64,000 bases of DNA from Octopus sinensis (lineage: Eukaryota). Both the position numbers and the translations under genes were made by a program. The notes beneath the pieces were generated by a model. It did no database searches. It was not told the DNA's origin and was given only the letters and a program-made list of their open reading frames with translations. Positions 47,848 through 62,520 of the stretch are shown here, piece after piece. The stretch spans positions 558,001 to 622,000 of the forward strand of contig NC_043004.1 of NCBI RefSeq assembly GCF_006345805.1, read 5' to 3'. Position 1 is the first letter of the stretch, and every line of letters begins with the position of its first letter.

Positions 47848-50800
47848 TTGCGGTTTATATCTCCTGAAGCGACCTCATCTTTGATAAAGCTTTCAGAGCA
47901 TAGACAGAGGAGACCCATAAAAAAAGCAGAGAAGATTAGCCGAGCCATGCTTGCCTATATCGAAAGAGCAAAAGCACATGGTATCTCTCACTTTCTCTTT
48001 ATAACCGAAATATTATTGGGTTGGGGAATAATTATTGTGGCTTTTTCCAACGAATTTTATTCAACAAAAATAATAACAACATGTAATGGAAACATCTTTA
48101 AATGATTATTCTGGAGCATATTCCCCATTTACTTCAATTACTGCTTCCTATTTGCTTGGCAGACGGTCAGACCGTCATTTAAAGATGATTTTGTTAAATA
48201 TTGTTATTGTTTTTGTTGAATAAAATTTGTTGAAAAAAAGCCGCAATAATTATGCAGTAACCCAATAATTGAACCATGACAAGTTTTTTGATTGTGTTAA
48301 GCTGGGAAAAAAGTGTGTGTGTGTGTGTGCGTGTGTGTATGTGTGTGGAGTAGTGAAGGCTGATACAGATGGTAGAGTGTTGGATAAAATACACTCAAGT
48401 ATATTATTTTGAGTTCAAATCCTGCCAGAGTTAACTACACTTCCATTAATTTTGTGGTTCATGAAAGCATGGCCGTATGGTAAAGAAACTTGCTTCATTA
48501 CCGTATGGTGTCAGGTTCAATCTTAGTGTAGCACCTTGGGCAAGTGTCTTCTACCATAACCCCAGGTTGACCAAAGCCTTGGGAATGGATTTGATACATG
48601 GAAACTTAAAGAAGCCTATTTCACATATATATTATCATCATCACTGTCATTTGTTTGTTTTCCATGCTGGTATGGGTTGGACGGTTTGACCAGGACTGGC
48701 CAGCCAGAGAGCTGCACCAGGCGCCCTTGGTTTCTTTTGATGTGGTTTTCTATGTTTGGATGCCTTCCTAATGCCAACCACTTTCCAGTGTGTACCAAGT
48801 GCTATTTATATAGCACCTGCACCAGTGCTTTATACGTGGCACCAGCACAAATGGTTTCCTTATGTGGCGCCATGCCCTCGTCTTGATTTCTTGTGATGGT
48901 TATAAACAAACATCACCATCATACAAGTGATGTTGTTCATTTTCGGTCTTCTTTGAAAAACGTGTCAGGCCTTGGGGAAAATATTACTTTATTTCAAAAC
49001 TGGTGAGGTTTGGCAACAGGAAGGGATTCCATCTTTTGAAAATTGATCCCAACATATTCTGTCTGACTTATTCATGCATGGAAAGTGGATGCGCAGGAGT
49101 GGCTGTGGTAAGTAGCTTGCTTCCCAATCACATAGTTCCGGGTTCATTCCAACTGCGTGGTACCTTCAGCAAGTGTCTTCTACATTGCAATGAGATGTCT
49201 TCTCCTTTGTACCTTACATCTCACCCCTCTCGTATTCATCCACATAAATGTGTAAATTTTATGGATTTGTTTTAAAGTAATTACCCATCCATCCATCCAT
49301 CCATTTCCTCTACCCATTATTCCTTCTATAGAGTTCCTCTTGGAACCAACAGCCAATACACTTCCCTGCTGGATTCCCAAGCATGATCATTTTCCACCCA
49401 TCTCATTCTTGGTCTACCCCTAGGTCTCCTGCTGGTTAGTCTGGCTTGAAGAATTTGTCTTGTGATCCTTTCCTATGGCATTCTAACCCCACATGCCAAG
49501 ATGACAAATATTCATCAAATTTTCTTTCTTGACAGATGCACAGATGAAAGAAGAAATTGCACAGTATGAAATTGGTAAAAGACATTTGGCCAACATAATG
49601 GGTAAAAATGCAGAGACTTTTACTCAAGAAGACATAGACGTAAGGGGTTTTCTCTTTTATCTTTGACAGTTTGCAAAAATAGTCTTCTGGAATTCAGATT
49701 TAGATAATCAATTGCCAGGGCCATGGATTGGCTCTCATGCTGGTGGCACGTCAAAAGCACCATTCGAGTGTGATCGTTGCCAGTGCCACTGGACTGGCTC
49801 CCATGCAGGTAGCATGTAATAAACACCTTTTGAGCATCATCGTTGCGAGAACCGCCTGACCAGCCCTCATGCCGGTGGCACGTAAAAGCACCCACTACAC
49901 TCTCAGTGTGGTTGGTGTTAAGAAGGGCATCCAGCTGTAGAAACTTTGCCAGATCAGATTGGAGCCTGGTGCAGCCTTCTGGCTCACCAGTTCTCAGTCA
50001 AACCGTCCAACCCATGCCAGCATGGAAAGCGGACGTTAAACGCCAATGATGTAGTTTTATAACCTGACAGTAAGGCTGCATATAACGATCTTGTAGATTA
50101 TAGTGCATTGGAGATGGTTGGTTTATTTGTTCATTTTGTGCCTGTTTTTCCATGCTTATATGGAGTGAAAGAATGTCATTCACAGTAGTTAGTTAGTTAA
50201 GTTTTTGGCTCAAAAAGCAAAAAGCAAGGCCATGTAGGGGGACATGGAGTTATGTACAGGGTGGTGTTCATGTAAAGCGTTCAGGCCACTTGTGGTCAAG
50301 GGAGACTTTGAACCGAACGGTCGTCGGTTTTTTCTATAGTAATTTCTATAGCCAGCTGTCCTTCCTGATGCTGTTCCTTACCTGATTTTCATGTGAAGGA
50401 TCACTTATTCCATATAATTTCGTAGGTGCCAAGACAATTTGTTGATAGGAGAGACTGATAGATCACTGCTTGCTGTGCTCTCATACGAATGATTGCATAT
50501 GTAAACACACACACAAGCAAACTGAGGCAATCAAGAGTTGTTATGTGTTTTGCACAAAGATAACAGTGGCTGCAGTTAAGATCGAACTGAGGATCATGTG
50601 GTTAGTGGCTCAGCTCTTTTACATCCTAGTCACATTAGTCTAATCTCCAGTTTTAATGTTTCTTCTATGTACAACAGTTTGTCAGATTTTGTTTCAGTAT
50701 TTCCAAGTCTAAACAGCTTGCCAGTGCACAACACCTGATCAATAGCCAAATTGATTGGAAATCACTTGGATAAAACTATTTTGATCTTTTAAAGTAAAAT

Positions 50801-53800
50801 TCATATCATTCTGTTCACTTTAATGTGTTGACAACAGAAATTGTAGCTAAAAGATTTCTAAATAACAGATATTCTTGGAAACGGTTGTAGTGTAGATTCT
50901 AAATTCTCAGGAAAACTGAGTTTGCAACCCAGATTTAATTCATTTATTCTGTTAATGTCTGCTTAGAGTCAGCCTTGGTGAAACACCTCCTATTCTTTGA
51001 CCTCATCAATGAGATCTATAATGCTGATCATTTGGTGATAGGAACCTCGAAGTAGGAAAAGCAAAGCAGTTGTCTCTATTTATCTTACTATTTGTACGAC
51101 ACACAGAAGAACTTGTTCTTATTTTTTTAATTTTGTTATGGTGGCAAGTTGGCAGAACTGTTACTGCACCAGACACAATGCTTAACGGCATTTCTTCTGT
51201 TCAAACTCCACCCAGGTTAATTTTGTCTTTCATCCTTTTGGAGTCATTTAAAGATGAACCCCAGTTGAGCACTGGGGTGTTGATGTAATCAACTTCAACC
51301 TCCCTCAAAATTGCTGGCCTTGTGCTAAAACTAGAAAGGCTTATTTAATAGTCTTATGAGTAATACGAGTGATGACTTATGGTTTGAAACAGTTTACTAA
51401 AATGCTTTTGTTTCTTTGTATCATTTTCCCAGAAAGCTATTGAATATCTGCTGCCATCTGGTTTATATGCCAAAAAAGCCAGGCCATTGATGAAGGTGAG
51501 TCAGTTTGCTTTGAGTGTCTCTATACTAACATACATGTGTCCTGTGATTCATTGGGTTGTCAGGTCCTTACTGAAGACTGCTGGGGATGATAGAGGGTCT
51601 GCCTCTAAGCCATAAAAAATATTTTCAGTTTAGTACTGCAAGCAGTGGAGCTTGTTACCTATAATCCCTCCACTTACATCATTGATCCGCATCTTTTTGT
51701 TTCATAGGAAGAAATAGCAACATGATAACCCCTTTCGAGGGTTTTGAAGGAGGTGGAAGGGAGGAAAAAACTATCAGTTATGGGTTATCTGAAAATCAGA
51801 GATCTGGGACCAGTGCCTGCAACAGAGTGGACCTTGTTTGAAAGTACCTGCTGACTAGAAGGGAGTGTTAAAATAGGTGTTGAATTAGATTACTCAGGTA
51901 CTGGTGAATTGATTAGACTTCCGTGTGGTTTCTTTGTATCAAATTTCACTCTGAACACTTGGGTTTAACTTTGTATTGAAGGTGCAGTGTTGTGGAATAG
52001 AATCTTGATCTACATGACCATGAAGCAAATTTCTTTAATGAAATACAGTAATTCCTTGCCACATTGCCGTTTATTATTTAAGCTTATGTCGATTCCTCCG
52101 TGGTGTTGTTTTGCATTTATAATAAAATAAATATATACAGATTATGAAAATTTTAAAAATATATATCCAGTACTATACTGTTTCTACTTTGTGGATTTTT
52201 CACCTATCGCAGGGTTTTTTGGAACATAGCACTTGCGATAGTTGAGGGATTACTGTACCTTGTTTATGAGATTTAATGACTACTTAAGCAGTGGCTGTGG
52301 TGATGATGCTGATGCTGTTATTGATGAAAATGATGAAAGACAAACAGAAATAGTAACAGCAGTGATGATAGTCAATTGTTTTTTCTTCAATAAACATTTT
52401 GTGTAAGGTGGAGAGCTGGCAGAAACGTTAGCACATCGGGTGAAATGTTTAGCAGTATTTTATCTGCCTTTATGTTCTGGGTTCAAATTCCGCCGAGCTT
52501 AACTTTACCTGTCATCCTTTTGGGATTGATAAATTAAGTACCAGTTGCGTACTGGGGTTGATCTAATCGATTAGCCCCCTTCCCCAAAATTTCGGGCCTT
52601 GTGCCTAGAGTAGAAAAGAATAAACATTTTGTGTATCCTTTTGATGTTTTAAACTTGTTTAAATTAAAATTTCGACTTTTCTCATTAGTTTTTTGTTTTA
52701 TTCTTCAGCATCCTTATGAAATTTTCCCACCACAAAAAAGTAAGTCTCCAGATATTACAATATTTCTGCTTACCATCTTTATACTTCGTACTCTAATCTC
52801 TCATCCCCTGGTGTAAAGCCACTGCCCTTAATATTACAAACCCTCATTCGAGGGTTCTTGTCTAGTGAGTTTCTTGGTGACTTCACTGGTGTTGGTGCTA
52901 TTCCAAAAAGACATCCAGTACGATCTGTTAAGCGATTGGCATTAGGAGGGCATCCTGCTGTAGAAACCCTGCCAAAACAGACAGCAGTAGGACTTGGCAC
53001 GGTTCTCTGGCTCACCGGTTCCTGTCAAACCAGCCAACCCATGTGAGATGTTAAATGATGGTGATGATGATGATGTTCACCACCACCATCATCATCATCA
53101 GGTCAAATACTGTTGTTTTCTGAATCACTTTTTACAGTTTGAAGGGAAACTTTTGGTATGAACCAACAAAGATACTTCTTTATGGTTCCTCGATCTGTCA
53201 GAGCCAGCCAAATAACCCTCAAATATCACCCTACCATCTTAAGAAGAAAACGTGAAGACATGGTAGTCATGCAGATCTAGATACAGCCATCATCATCATC
53301 ATCATCTGACAAAGAAAAGATGTGAAGATCATGGCTGGAAGAACTTTTATCATAAGTCAGTTTGGGGGCCGTTATCCCTGGCTGGCTCCCATGCCAGTCG
53401 ATGTAAAAAGCACCATCCAAATGTGATTGATGCCAGGTCTGCCTGACTGGCTCCTGTGCTAGTGGCACATAAAAGGCACCAACCAGTCGTGACCGATGCT
53501 GGTACCCACAACTGGCTCCTGTGCTGGTGGCATGTAATAAGCACCATCTGAACATGATCATTGCCAGGTCCACCTGACTGGCTCCTTTGCTGGTGGCACA
53601 TAAAAAGCTCCCACTACACTCTTGTCAGAGTGGTTGGCATTAGGAAGGGCATTCAGCTGTAGGAACCTTGCCAGATCAGAATGGAGCCTGGTGCAGCGGG
53701 GGGGGGGGGGGGGGGCTGGCATTGAGCATGTTCAGATGGTGCTTTTCACATGCCCCTGGCACAGGGAGCCAGTTAGGCTGCACTGGCAATGACCCTTGCA

Positions 53801-56800
53801 TGTATGGTGCTTATTGCATGCCACCAGCATGGGAGCCAGTCAGGCGGCACTGGCATCAGCTACAACTACAATTTCCATTTGATTGTGATTTTGATTTTGA
53901 TTTTTATTTTACTCGACTCAAGGTCTCCTCAAGGACGGAGTGTCGTCCAACAATTCAAAGGTACTTTTTAAATGGGCTGGTTATGCGACACTGGTGTAGG
54001 CTACAGCTGTGATGTCACTTTACTGGCCAGGTCTTTTCAATCACAGTATATCTCCAAAGGTCTTGGTCTTTCGGCATTGCCTCTGTGAGGCCCAACGTTC
54101 AACAGTTGGCACCTGGAAGAACATTCAGCCTTGAGAAGTCTTGTCCAACCCATGCCAGCATAGAAGAAACAGACATAAAACCTATGATAATGAATAACAA
54201 TGTTTTTATTGTTTTTTATCATTTTACAACAGGTGCTCAGTTCGGAATGGATGGACGCCCTTTTCACTGGTTATTTTATACGGCAAAGCCCAACTATTAC
54301 AACTTAATGTATGTAAGTACTTTATTCAGATTTGGTTATTTTGGCTTCTTCCCTTGCACCATATTTTCATCCTCCATATCAGGCACAAGCGTAGCTGTGT
54401 GGTTAAAAAAGTTTGCTTCCCAATCACCTGGTTCCAGGTTCAGTCCCACTGTGTGACACCTTGGGCGTGTATCTTCTGTCATAACCTTGGTCCAACCAAA
54501 GTCTTGTGGGTGGATCTGATAGGCAGAAATTGAAAGAAGCCCATTGCGTGTATACATATATATGTATATGTGTATATATATATATGTGTGTGTGTGTATA
54601 TATATATATATACACACACACGTGTATGTGTGTATATATATATATATATAATTCATAAAAAAAAAATGAAGAAAAAAGCAACAATGTGGGGCTGTGGTAC
54701 ATGCAAAGTATTAAAAGATGCTCTGGGAAGGAAAGAAAGGGGTTTTTATCTTTTGAACAAAGCTCTTCTTCAGAAACAGGAGATAGAGGAAAGTCTAAGA
54801 GAAAAGGAAGATGGAGGAAAAAAATCGCCAACAATTCACATGTAGTTTCATCATCATCATCATCACCATCCTCTACTGTCCATTTTCCATGCTGGCATGG
54901 GGTGGGGGGTGTGTGTTTCTCTCATTGTCTTCACATTGTGTGAGTTGTAAATGAGTTTCACTGTTATACAAGCGGTCATGTCCTTCATTTCTAATGTCTT
55001 GCAAAAGCACGTCTGGCCATGGGGGAAATATTACCTTTGCTTGGAAACAGGTGAGGGTTGGTGACAGGAAGGGCACCAGGCTATAGAAAAACCTGCCTCA
55101 GTTGAATCTGCCCGACCCATGCAAGCTCAGGAAGATGGCTGTTAAAATGATGATGGTGATGGGATCAGCCAAAGAAGATTCTACACAACCTGCAACGTTC
55201 CCAGTCTACAAGTAAAGCCAGTCTGTATCTCATTTTAATTTGCAAACCACCCTTCTATCCTATAAAGCCCACACACCATAGGCACATACATGGCTGTGTG
55301 CTAAGTAGCCTGCTTCCTAACCACATGGTTCTGGGTTCAGTCCCACTGTATGGCACCATGGGCAAGTGATTTCTGTTATAACCTTTGACTGACAAAAGCC
55401 TTTTGAGTGGACAATGGATTCAGTAGGCACAAACTGAAGGAAACCTGTTGTGTGTGTGTATATGTATATATATATCATCATTTAAGATCTGTTTTCCATG
55501 CTGGCATGGGTTGGACGTTTTGACAGGTTCTGACCAGCTGAATGGCTGTTCAGGCTCCGTATCTGTTTTGGCATGGGTTCTATGGTTGGATGCCCTTCCT
55601 AATGCCAACCACTTTGCAGACTCTACTGGAGTGCTTTTATGTAGCACCAGCACCCATGAGCCTGTATTAAGGATGCTCAGCTGGAGAGGGTTGCATGAGA
55701 TGACCCTGTACGTAAGGGCAACCACACTTTTACATAGCTTGATGTTGTCTTTTCAAGCACAACAAATCGCCATGCGTCTCGGTCCCGTGTTATCCCCTCT
55801 GTAAGTCCCAACGTCTTTAGATCCTTTCTCACCACTTCGTCCATGGGGTGGTGTCTTTGTGTCTGTTTGTTCTCCACTACCACTTGGTAGCCGGTGTTGG
55901 TGTATTTATGTCCCTGTAACTGAGTGGTTTGGCAGTAGAGACTGATAGAATAATTACCAGGCTTAACAAAAGAAAAATTAGTACTGAAGTCTCTTCAAGG
56001 TGGTGCTCTAGCATGGCCACAAAAACCATCAGGCTGTACTGACCAATTTAGTACCACACCAACACATTGTATGCATGAAATGTATTAAAACAGAGAATTC
56101 TTTAGAGTCTTTAAAATTCCATTTCAGGACATTGTGTGGAAAATTGAGGCTTTGAAGAAAAAAGAAGATGAATCGTACGCACAGACAACATTATTTACGA
56201 AACCTAAAGAAATGTAAGTCAACTTTTGAAATTCATTGCAAAGATTGTTATTGGTGAAACGGGTGGATGCAGTAGAATGCTTGCTTTCTTCACTAAATGT
56301 TCTGCTGTATTGAAGTATGTCTCTTTGCTTTCTCACTTCAAATTTCATGGAGTTTGACGTCATGAAATAAAAAAAAAATAATGGACATAGCTGTGGGGTT
56401 CAGAAGCTTGATTCCCAACTATTTAGTTTTAGGATCAGTCCCAGTGTGTGGCACCTTGGCAGGTGTCTTCTACTGTAACCTCTGGGCCAAATAAAGCTTT
56501 GTGAAAGAATTTGGTGGGCAGAAATTGAACGAACCCATTATATATATATATATAAATAAGGATAAGATCGTTATTTAAATACCAATCTTATCAGGTGGCC
56601 AGCATGGGAATAAAAACCTTCAAAGGTAATAATTATTATTAAAATTTTAATTTAGGGTATCCAAGAGATACCACCACGTTGGAAATAGCAGCCAAAACTT
56701 GACTCTATAACCACATTAAATGTTCATACAGCACCAGGAGAGAAGACAAAGAGACAAAATAAACTAGCAAAAAAATTACTGGATAATTCCAGATCCCAGA

Positions 56801-58212
56801 TTTCTGGCTCTGCATAAGAAATGCTCTGCCTTCATCAGTGGAATATACTCAGATAGTACATAAATACAAGACTATTGGGTTGATTTGCTTGACTAAAGGC
56901 GGTGCTCCAGCATGGCCGCAGTCAAATGACTGAAACAAATAAAAGAATATCAGCCCAAGGAGATTCTCTACCACCTGTGCAACATTTCCCGTTTATAAAT
57001 TTTATCATGACAACAACCGCAGCAACAACAACAATTATGATGGTTAATCCTATAATCTGTTTGATTTCCTTTGCTGCTCTCTGGAAGCTGTTATTTTCAT
57101 TTTAGTTGCAAAGTGAACTTCTTTGGCACTGCCACTGTGTGCATCTGTTCCAAAAACCTTATCTAATGATCCAAAAACCTTATCTCCTTGTAATTAATGA
57201 TTTTTTTTTTATATACAAAATATGTAGTTTGTAATGTGAAATGAGTTTTCTCTTGTTTAGCATTGGCTTAACCCTTCCGTTACTGTATTTATTTTGAGAT
57301 GGTCTGTGTTTCTTTCAATTACTTTAAATATAACAAAGAATTTAGTAAAATAACTTAGTTATCATTCAACTAGTGTTGGGAACATAAATTGTGACTAAGG
57401 TTTGGTGGAAGCTTTTAATTCAAAACTTATGAAAGCAAGTCATTTGTGCTCAGAGCCAGAGCCAGTTTCAGCTGGGTTTGTAATGAAAGGGTTAACCCTT
57501 TCGTTACTGTATTTATTTTGAGAGACTTTGTGTATCTTTCAGTTACTTTAAATATAACAAAGAATTTAGTAAAATAACTTAGTTATCATTCAGCTAGTGT
57601 TAGGAACATAAATTGTGACTAAGGAAGATTTTAATTCAAAACTTATGGAAACAAGACATTTATACTCAGAACCAGAGCCAGTTTCAGCTGGGTTGGTAAC
57701 GAAAGGGCTAAGTCTTTCAGTGAAAGTTTTACTAAAATCTAATGTTTAATCTTGTTTTTATTTTAAAATTCATATTTTTATCTAGAAATTTAAAAAGTAG
57801 CGAATGGATCGACTTGGATCGTTTGAAGCAAATAGTTTTAGAAAAAATCACTGAAGAAGATGTAAGTATATGTTTTAGCTTCATTTTATTTTTCGTACCT
57901 GTTTTTGCCATGGGGATATAGGTTGGGCAAAGCTTCTTCTAACACTACTGCCTGGATGGAACCCTGCCCAGGTGCCAACCCTGCAATGTTTTTAGTTAAG
58001 GTATTCAATTCTAATGGTCTTCATATTCTTGTATTTGTTTCAGTCATTTGACTGTGGCCATGCTGAAGCACCACCTTTAGTTGAGCAAATCGACCTCATG
58101 ACTTATTCTTTGTAAGCCTAATACTTATTCTATTGGTCTCTTTTGCTGAACTGCTAAGTTACAGGGACGTGAACACACCAACATCAGTTGTCAAGCAATG
58201 TTGTGGGGAACA

Positions 58213-58250
<38 letters not shown>

Positions 58251-58512
58251 CACAGGGTGTTGAAAAGGGCTCTCTGCAGTAAGTATTTAATGGTTTTTGG
58301 GCGGTTCTTGTACACTGATCCTTTACTTGCTCCCCAGAAAAAAGTCTGGTGGTGTTAAATCAGGTGATCTTGGTGGCCAAAGTCCCTTTGAAATAATCCG
58401 TTCACCAAAAAACTCTTGAAGTAGTGCCATGGTGATGCGCAGGATGAAAAAAATTCACTGTGGTGAGACTTTTTGAACACCCTGTGTATGTATATATGTA
58501 TGTATGTATGTA

Positions 58513-58555
<43 letters not shown>

Positions 58556-60015
58556 ATATATATATATATATATATACACACCCAATCGGCCTCTTTCAGT
58601 TTCCGTCTACCAAATCCACTTACAATGCTTTGGTTGGCCCAGGGCTATAGTAGAAGACACTTGCCAAGGTGCCATGTCATGGGACTGAACCTGGAACCAT
58701 GTGGTTGGTAAGCAAGCTACTTACCACACAGCCACTCCTGCACCTATATATTTAAATACCCAACAGCACATTTTTGTTTATGGAGGACTTGAACATGAGA
58801 TAGTATCAAAAGGTTCCAGGACTAGTTATGTTTGATAACAAATAACTTATCTCCCTAATTTTTAACATCGTCTCCTTTGAAATAGTCCCCTAGCACAGCA
58901 ATACCCAAGTCCCAGGGATCCTGCCTCTTTGGGAATGTGACCTGGAAGTCATTTTCTGTTAGCGAGTTGAGGACTTTCTGTGATTCGTTCTGCATCTCAA
59001 CAGCGGTGTTAAAACAGCAACCTTTGAGCTGCATTTTCATCTTGGGGGAAGAGACAGAAGTCCACAGGGGCTAAATCTGGTGAATAGAGAAAGGGTCTTT
59101 CATGCAGGGTCAATGTAAAGCGACATACATTTCATATTCTGCATTTTATGTTCAAAAATGAGGGATCATCGAATGCCTACCTTGTTTCAATCATTTGATT
59201 GTGGCCATGCTGGAGCACTGCCTTTAGTCGAGCAAATCGACCCCAGGACTTATTCTTTGTAAGCCTCGTACTTATTCTATCGATCTCTTTTGCCGAACTG
59301 CTAAGTTACGGGGACGTAAACACACCAGCATCAGTTGTCAAGCGATGTTGGGGGGACAAACATATGCACACATGTACATATATATATATATATGACGTCT
59401 ACCAAATCCACTCACAAGGCTTTGGTCGGCTCGAGGCTATAGTAGAAGATAATTGCCCAAGGTGCTACGCAATGCGACTGAACACGGAACCATGTGGTTG
59501 GTAAGCAAGCTATTTACCACACAGCCACTCTTACGCCTATCTAATGCCCACCTTTTCAGTTCATTGGTTGAATAAATGGTTGCCCTAGCTTGAGTTTTGA
59601 GTTCTAAATCAAAGGTGTTTTGATCAATGAAACCTGGGCTATTTGAAATTTTTAAATATTTTCTACTTAAATTAGAAAAACGTAGATGATGATGATGTGA
59701 TAAGTTCACCAAAGTACTACTTCAAAGTGTGATTATGCAAGGCTGGAATTCATCATACATTTATACACACACGCATACATATGTATGCATGTAAGTATGT
59801 AAGTCTCTGTCACCATCATTTCATGTCTATGTTCCATACGTGTGTGTGTGTGTGGGTGCAGGTGTGGCTGTGGGGTTAAGAAATTAGCTTCCCAGCCCCA
59901 TGGTTTCAGGCTCAGTTCCACTGAGTGCCACTGTGGACAACTGTCTTCTACTAAAGCTTTCTGACTGGATATGCTAAATGGAAACTGAAAGAAATCCATC
60001 ATATACTTAAATATA

Positions 60016-60047
<32 letters not shown>

Positions 60048-61731
60048 GATATATATATATATATATATCAAATACAAAATTAGACAAGAATGCAAGCCAT
60101 CTGGACAGTTAGGTGATACACAAAACGTCCAGATAGACGATACAAAGAAAACAAGGACAGGTCATTCAAAGTTTTCTTTCCGCAGTCAAGTACCAGATTA
60201 TCTTTGCAATTTTGGCTGATTATACTTGAGATTGCTCCAATTTGACCAGCCCCTAGGAAAAACTAAGCTAAGAGCATTAGATTCCTTGGAAGAAAACAGC
60301 AAATGTATACAAAAACAAGGATGGAAAAAAAATGGACATATATATATATATGTAGCTATTATGAAGTTATAAGGTGTTACTCAGGCCCCCCAACTATGAG
60401 TCCATTGCATCTTAGAGCAGAAACAACTGTAAGCTAATGAAGTTCATTAGATAACTATTTCATTATTGATTCCTTTGTCATCTCATTTTCTTTATATGTA
60501 CGTACACACACACATGCATATAAGGTTCATTGTTCTTTCTATTATTTTTGATTTATAGAGGAATTGTCTTGAGTCTTATTCTTGTCGTTGCAGCATAACA
60601 ACTTCATTAATCTAATGGAACGTCTGGTGTCTCAGCAATTTAGCTCCACAGAAGAGGAATTCATTTTAAAATACAGAAAGAAATATGAAAACCAGCTTTC
60701 ACAAATTCAAATTGAAACCGTAAGTTCCATTTAAACATTACACTTATGATCTATGTAAGAAGCTTGCCTCCCAATCACATGGTTCTGAGTTCAATCCCAC
60801 ATATGGCACCTCGGGCAAGTGTCTTCTACTATAGCCTCGGCTGACCAAAACCTTGTGAGTGGATTTGGTAGATGGAAGTTCCATCATGTGAAGTGCTTGT
60901 GGCTCCTTTGATAGGTAAAAACAGAGCTGGATTAAGGCTCATAGAGGCCCTAAGCACTTAAAAGGTTTTGGTGCCCTCAAGTATACATAAATGGTTCAAA
61001 ATGTAAACAATAATAAACCATAAAATAAATTTTTTATTTTTCAAAATGAAACAAAATTCACAGAAAGATGGAGAATAATGTTTATTTTTGTATGCTTCCA
61101 TTTTATTTATATTTGAAAAGTTTTCTCCATCGTTTTTTTTTTAATTACAATGTGTTCAGTGTTATCATTAAAATTAATTTTATGCAAAACTTCTGTAAAG
61201 ACGGTTACTATTCAAAATATTTAAATTTTTATATTCTTTACGGCAAATCAATTCTTACCATTTTTGAACTGTTTTAAAATATGACAGTGATTGAAAGAAA
61301 AATATGTTTAAATAGGATTAAAATTAATTTTATCTGCCATAAAATTGCAGTTGTTTGTTTCACTAATTGGTGATTAAACCAAACATGAGGATTCTCCTCG
61401 TGGATAATTAGTACAAGGGAGATAATCGTTTCTTCATTAGATTAAAGAATAAGTATTAAAGAATAAGGAAGACGATGCATAGAACATACATATGTAATTT
61501 TCTTTTTGCTTACTTATTAGGAAGGTGTTAAACTTACTGGTCATAGGTAAACACATATAGCACCATTTCATTCCTTTTAGAAATTGTCAGTATGACTTAA
61601 CTCAAGGTAAATAAATTAAGCTTTTGCAGTGATGGAAAATATTTGTTTTGGTCCTCCTCAGAAATATATATGTTTGTTCTTATTTCAGCCTCTTATTGAT
61701 GAAGATGGTCGCCAGTATGTAAAAACTGTAG
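47848..61731 (+). CDS. MRPS9: mitochondrial ribosomal protein S9 (uS9m); 3' end lies beyond the window
   Basis: Phase-consistent exons 47848-47980, 49536-49639, 51433-51495, 52709-52739, 54233-54312, 56128-56213, 57786-57861, 60594-60719, 61689-61731. They encode [85 protein letters not shown] and DEDGR, all characteristic of MRPS9. Confidence 0.95.
57272..57707. mobile_element. two tandem piggyBac-type MITEs (57272-57491 and 57496-57707) sharing one TTAA
   Basis: Same CCCTTTCGTTAC-type TIRs as 32154-33220; ~215-bp direct repeat. Confidence 0.85.
58251..58486 (-). mobile_element. Tc1/mariner-type mini-element
   Basis: TA|CACAGGGTGTT ... AACACCCTGTG|TA termini; internal [14 protein letters not shown] motif on the minus strand (58332-58379). 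Confidence 0.8.
58855..59095 (-). mobile_element. mariner transposase C-terminal fragment
   Basis: [34 protein letters not shown]...LGDYFKGD. Confidence 0.8.
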
Positions 61732-62389
61732 GTAAGGTCCAACAATGATTTTGTTTTTTCTACTTAAGTTCTGGTCTGTATTTGAAATAATTTCCACTGA
61801 TTTATCATAATAGATAGAGGAGTGGCTGTGTGGTTAGGAAGCTTGCTTTCCAACCTCATGGTTATGGGTTCAACTTCCACTGCGTGACACCTTGGCTTGG
61901 GCAAATGTCTTCTACTATAGCCCCAGGTCGACTAAAACTTTTTGAGTGGATGGAAATTGTATGGAAGCTTGTGTGTGTGTGTGTGTGTTCTTGTCTTGAC
62001 TTGATGTGACAATTGTACATGATCGTCACTATCATAGAAGCAGTGTCCTTCATTTCTAGTCTTCTGTGAAAGTCTTTGACAGGAAGGCCATCCTACCTTA
62101 GAAAGTCTACCTCAGTAAGCTCCATCTGATCCATGCAAGCATGGGGAAAATGTTAAAAGGATGATGATGAAGATCACTCACTCACTCATGGGCCCTTTTT
62201 GAGACTGACAGTCATCAGTGCCTGGATGAGGTGTATATAGAAATGGAAGGCAGTCAGAGTTGTGGAGGACCTTCAGCAAAAACGGAGTGACTCTTCACCC
62301 ACATTTTATTTGTGTTTTTGTTTTTTTTTAATTATACTGTTTAATTACATTATGGCCATACTAAACAGATGCATCGATGTTGACCACCT

Positions 62390-62520
62390 CATGAGGCACA
62401 TCATAGAAAGGAAAAAGTGGTAAAGAACCTGGCAAAGATGGGGCCTTGATCAATTTGGATCAGTCAAAAGCTTTTGGTAGGGTTGATCATCAGTACTTGG
62501 TGGCTGTCCTGGAGGTGGCA
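62390..62520 (+). mobile_element. L1/Tx1-like reverse transcriptase fragment
   Basis: Translates as GALINLDQSKAFGRVDHQYLVAVL (compare the LDQxKAFDRVxH motif). Absent from the ORF track. Confidence 0.6.

Noticed and set aside
56355-56362. Second perfect CRE (TGACGTCA) in an MRPS9 intron
   Set aside because: Isolated 8-mer, about what chance gives in 64 kb; it also lowers the weight of the 4150 site.
60150-60200. Hammerhead-like remnant on the minus strand
   Set aside because: The core reads CUGCGGA and UGAAU; too degenerate to call.
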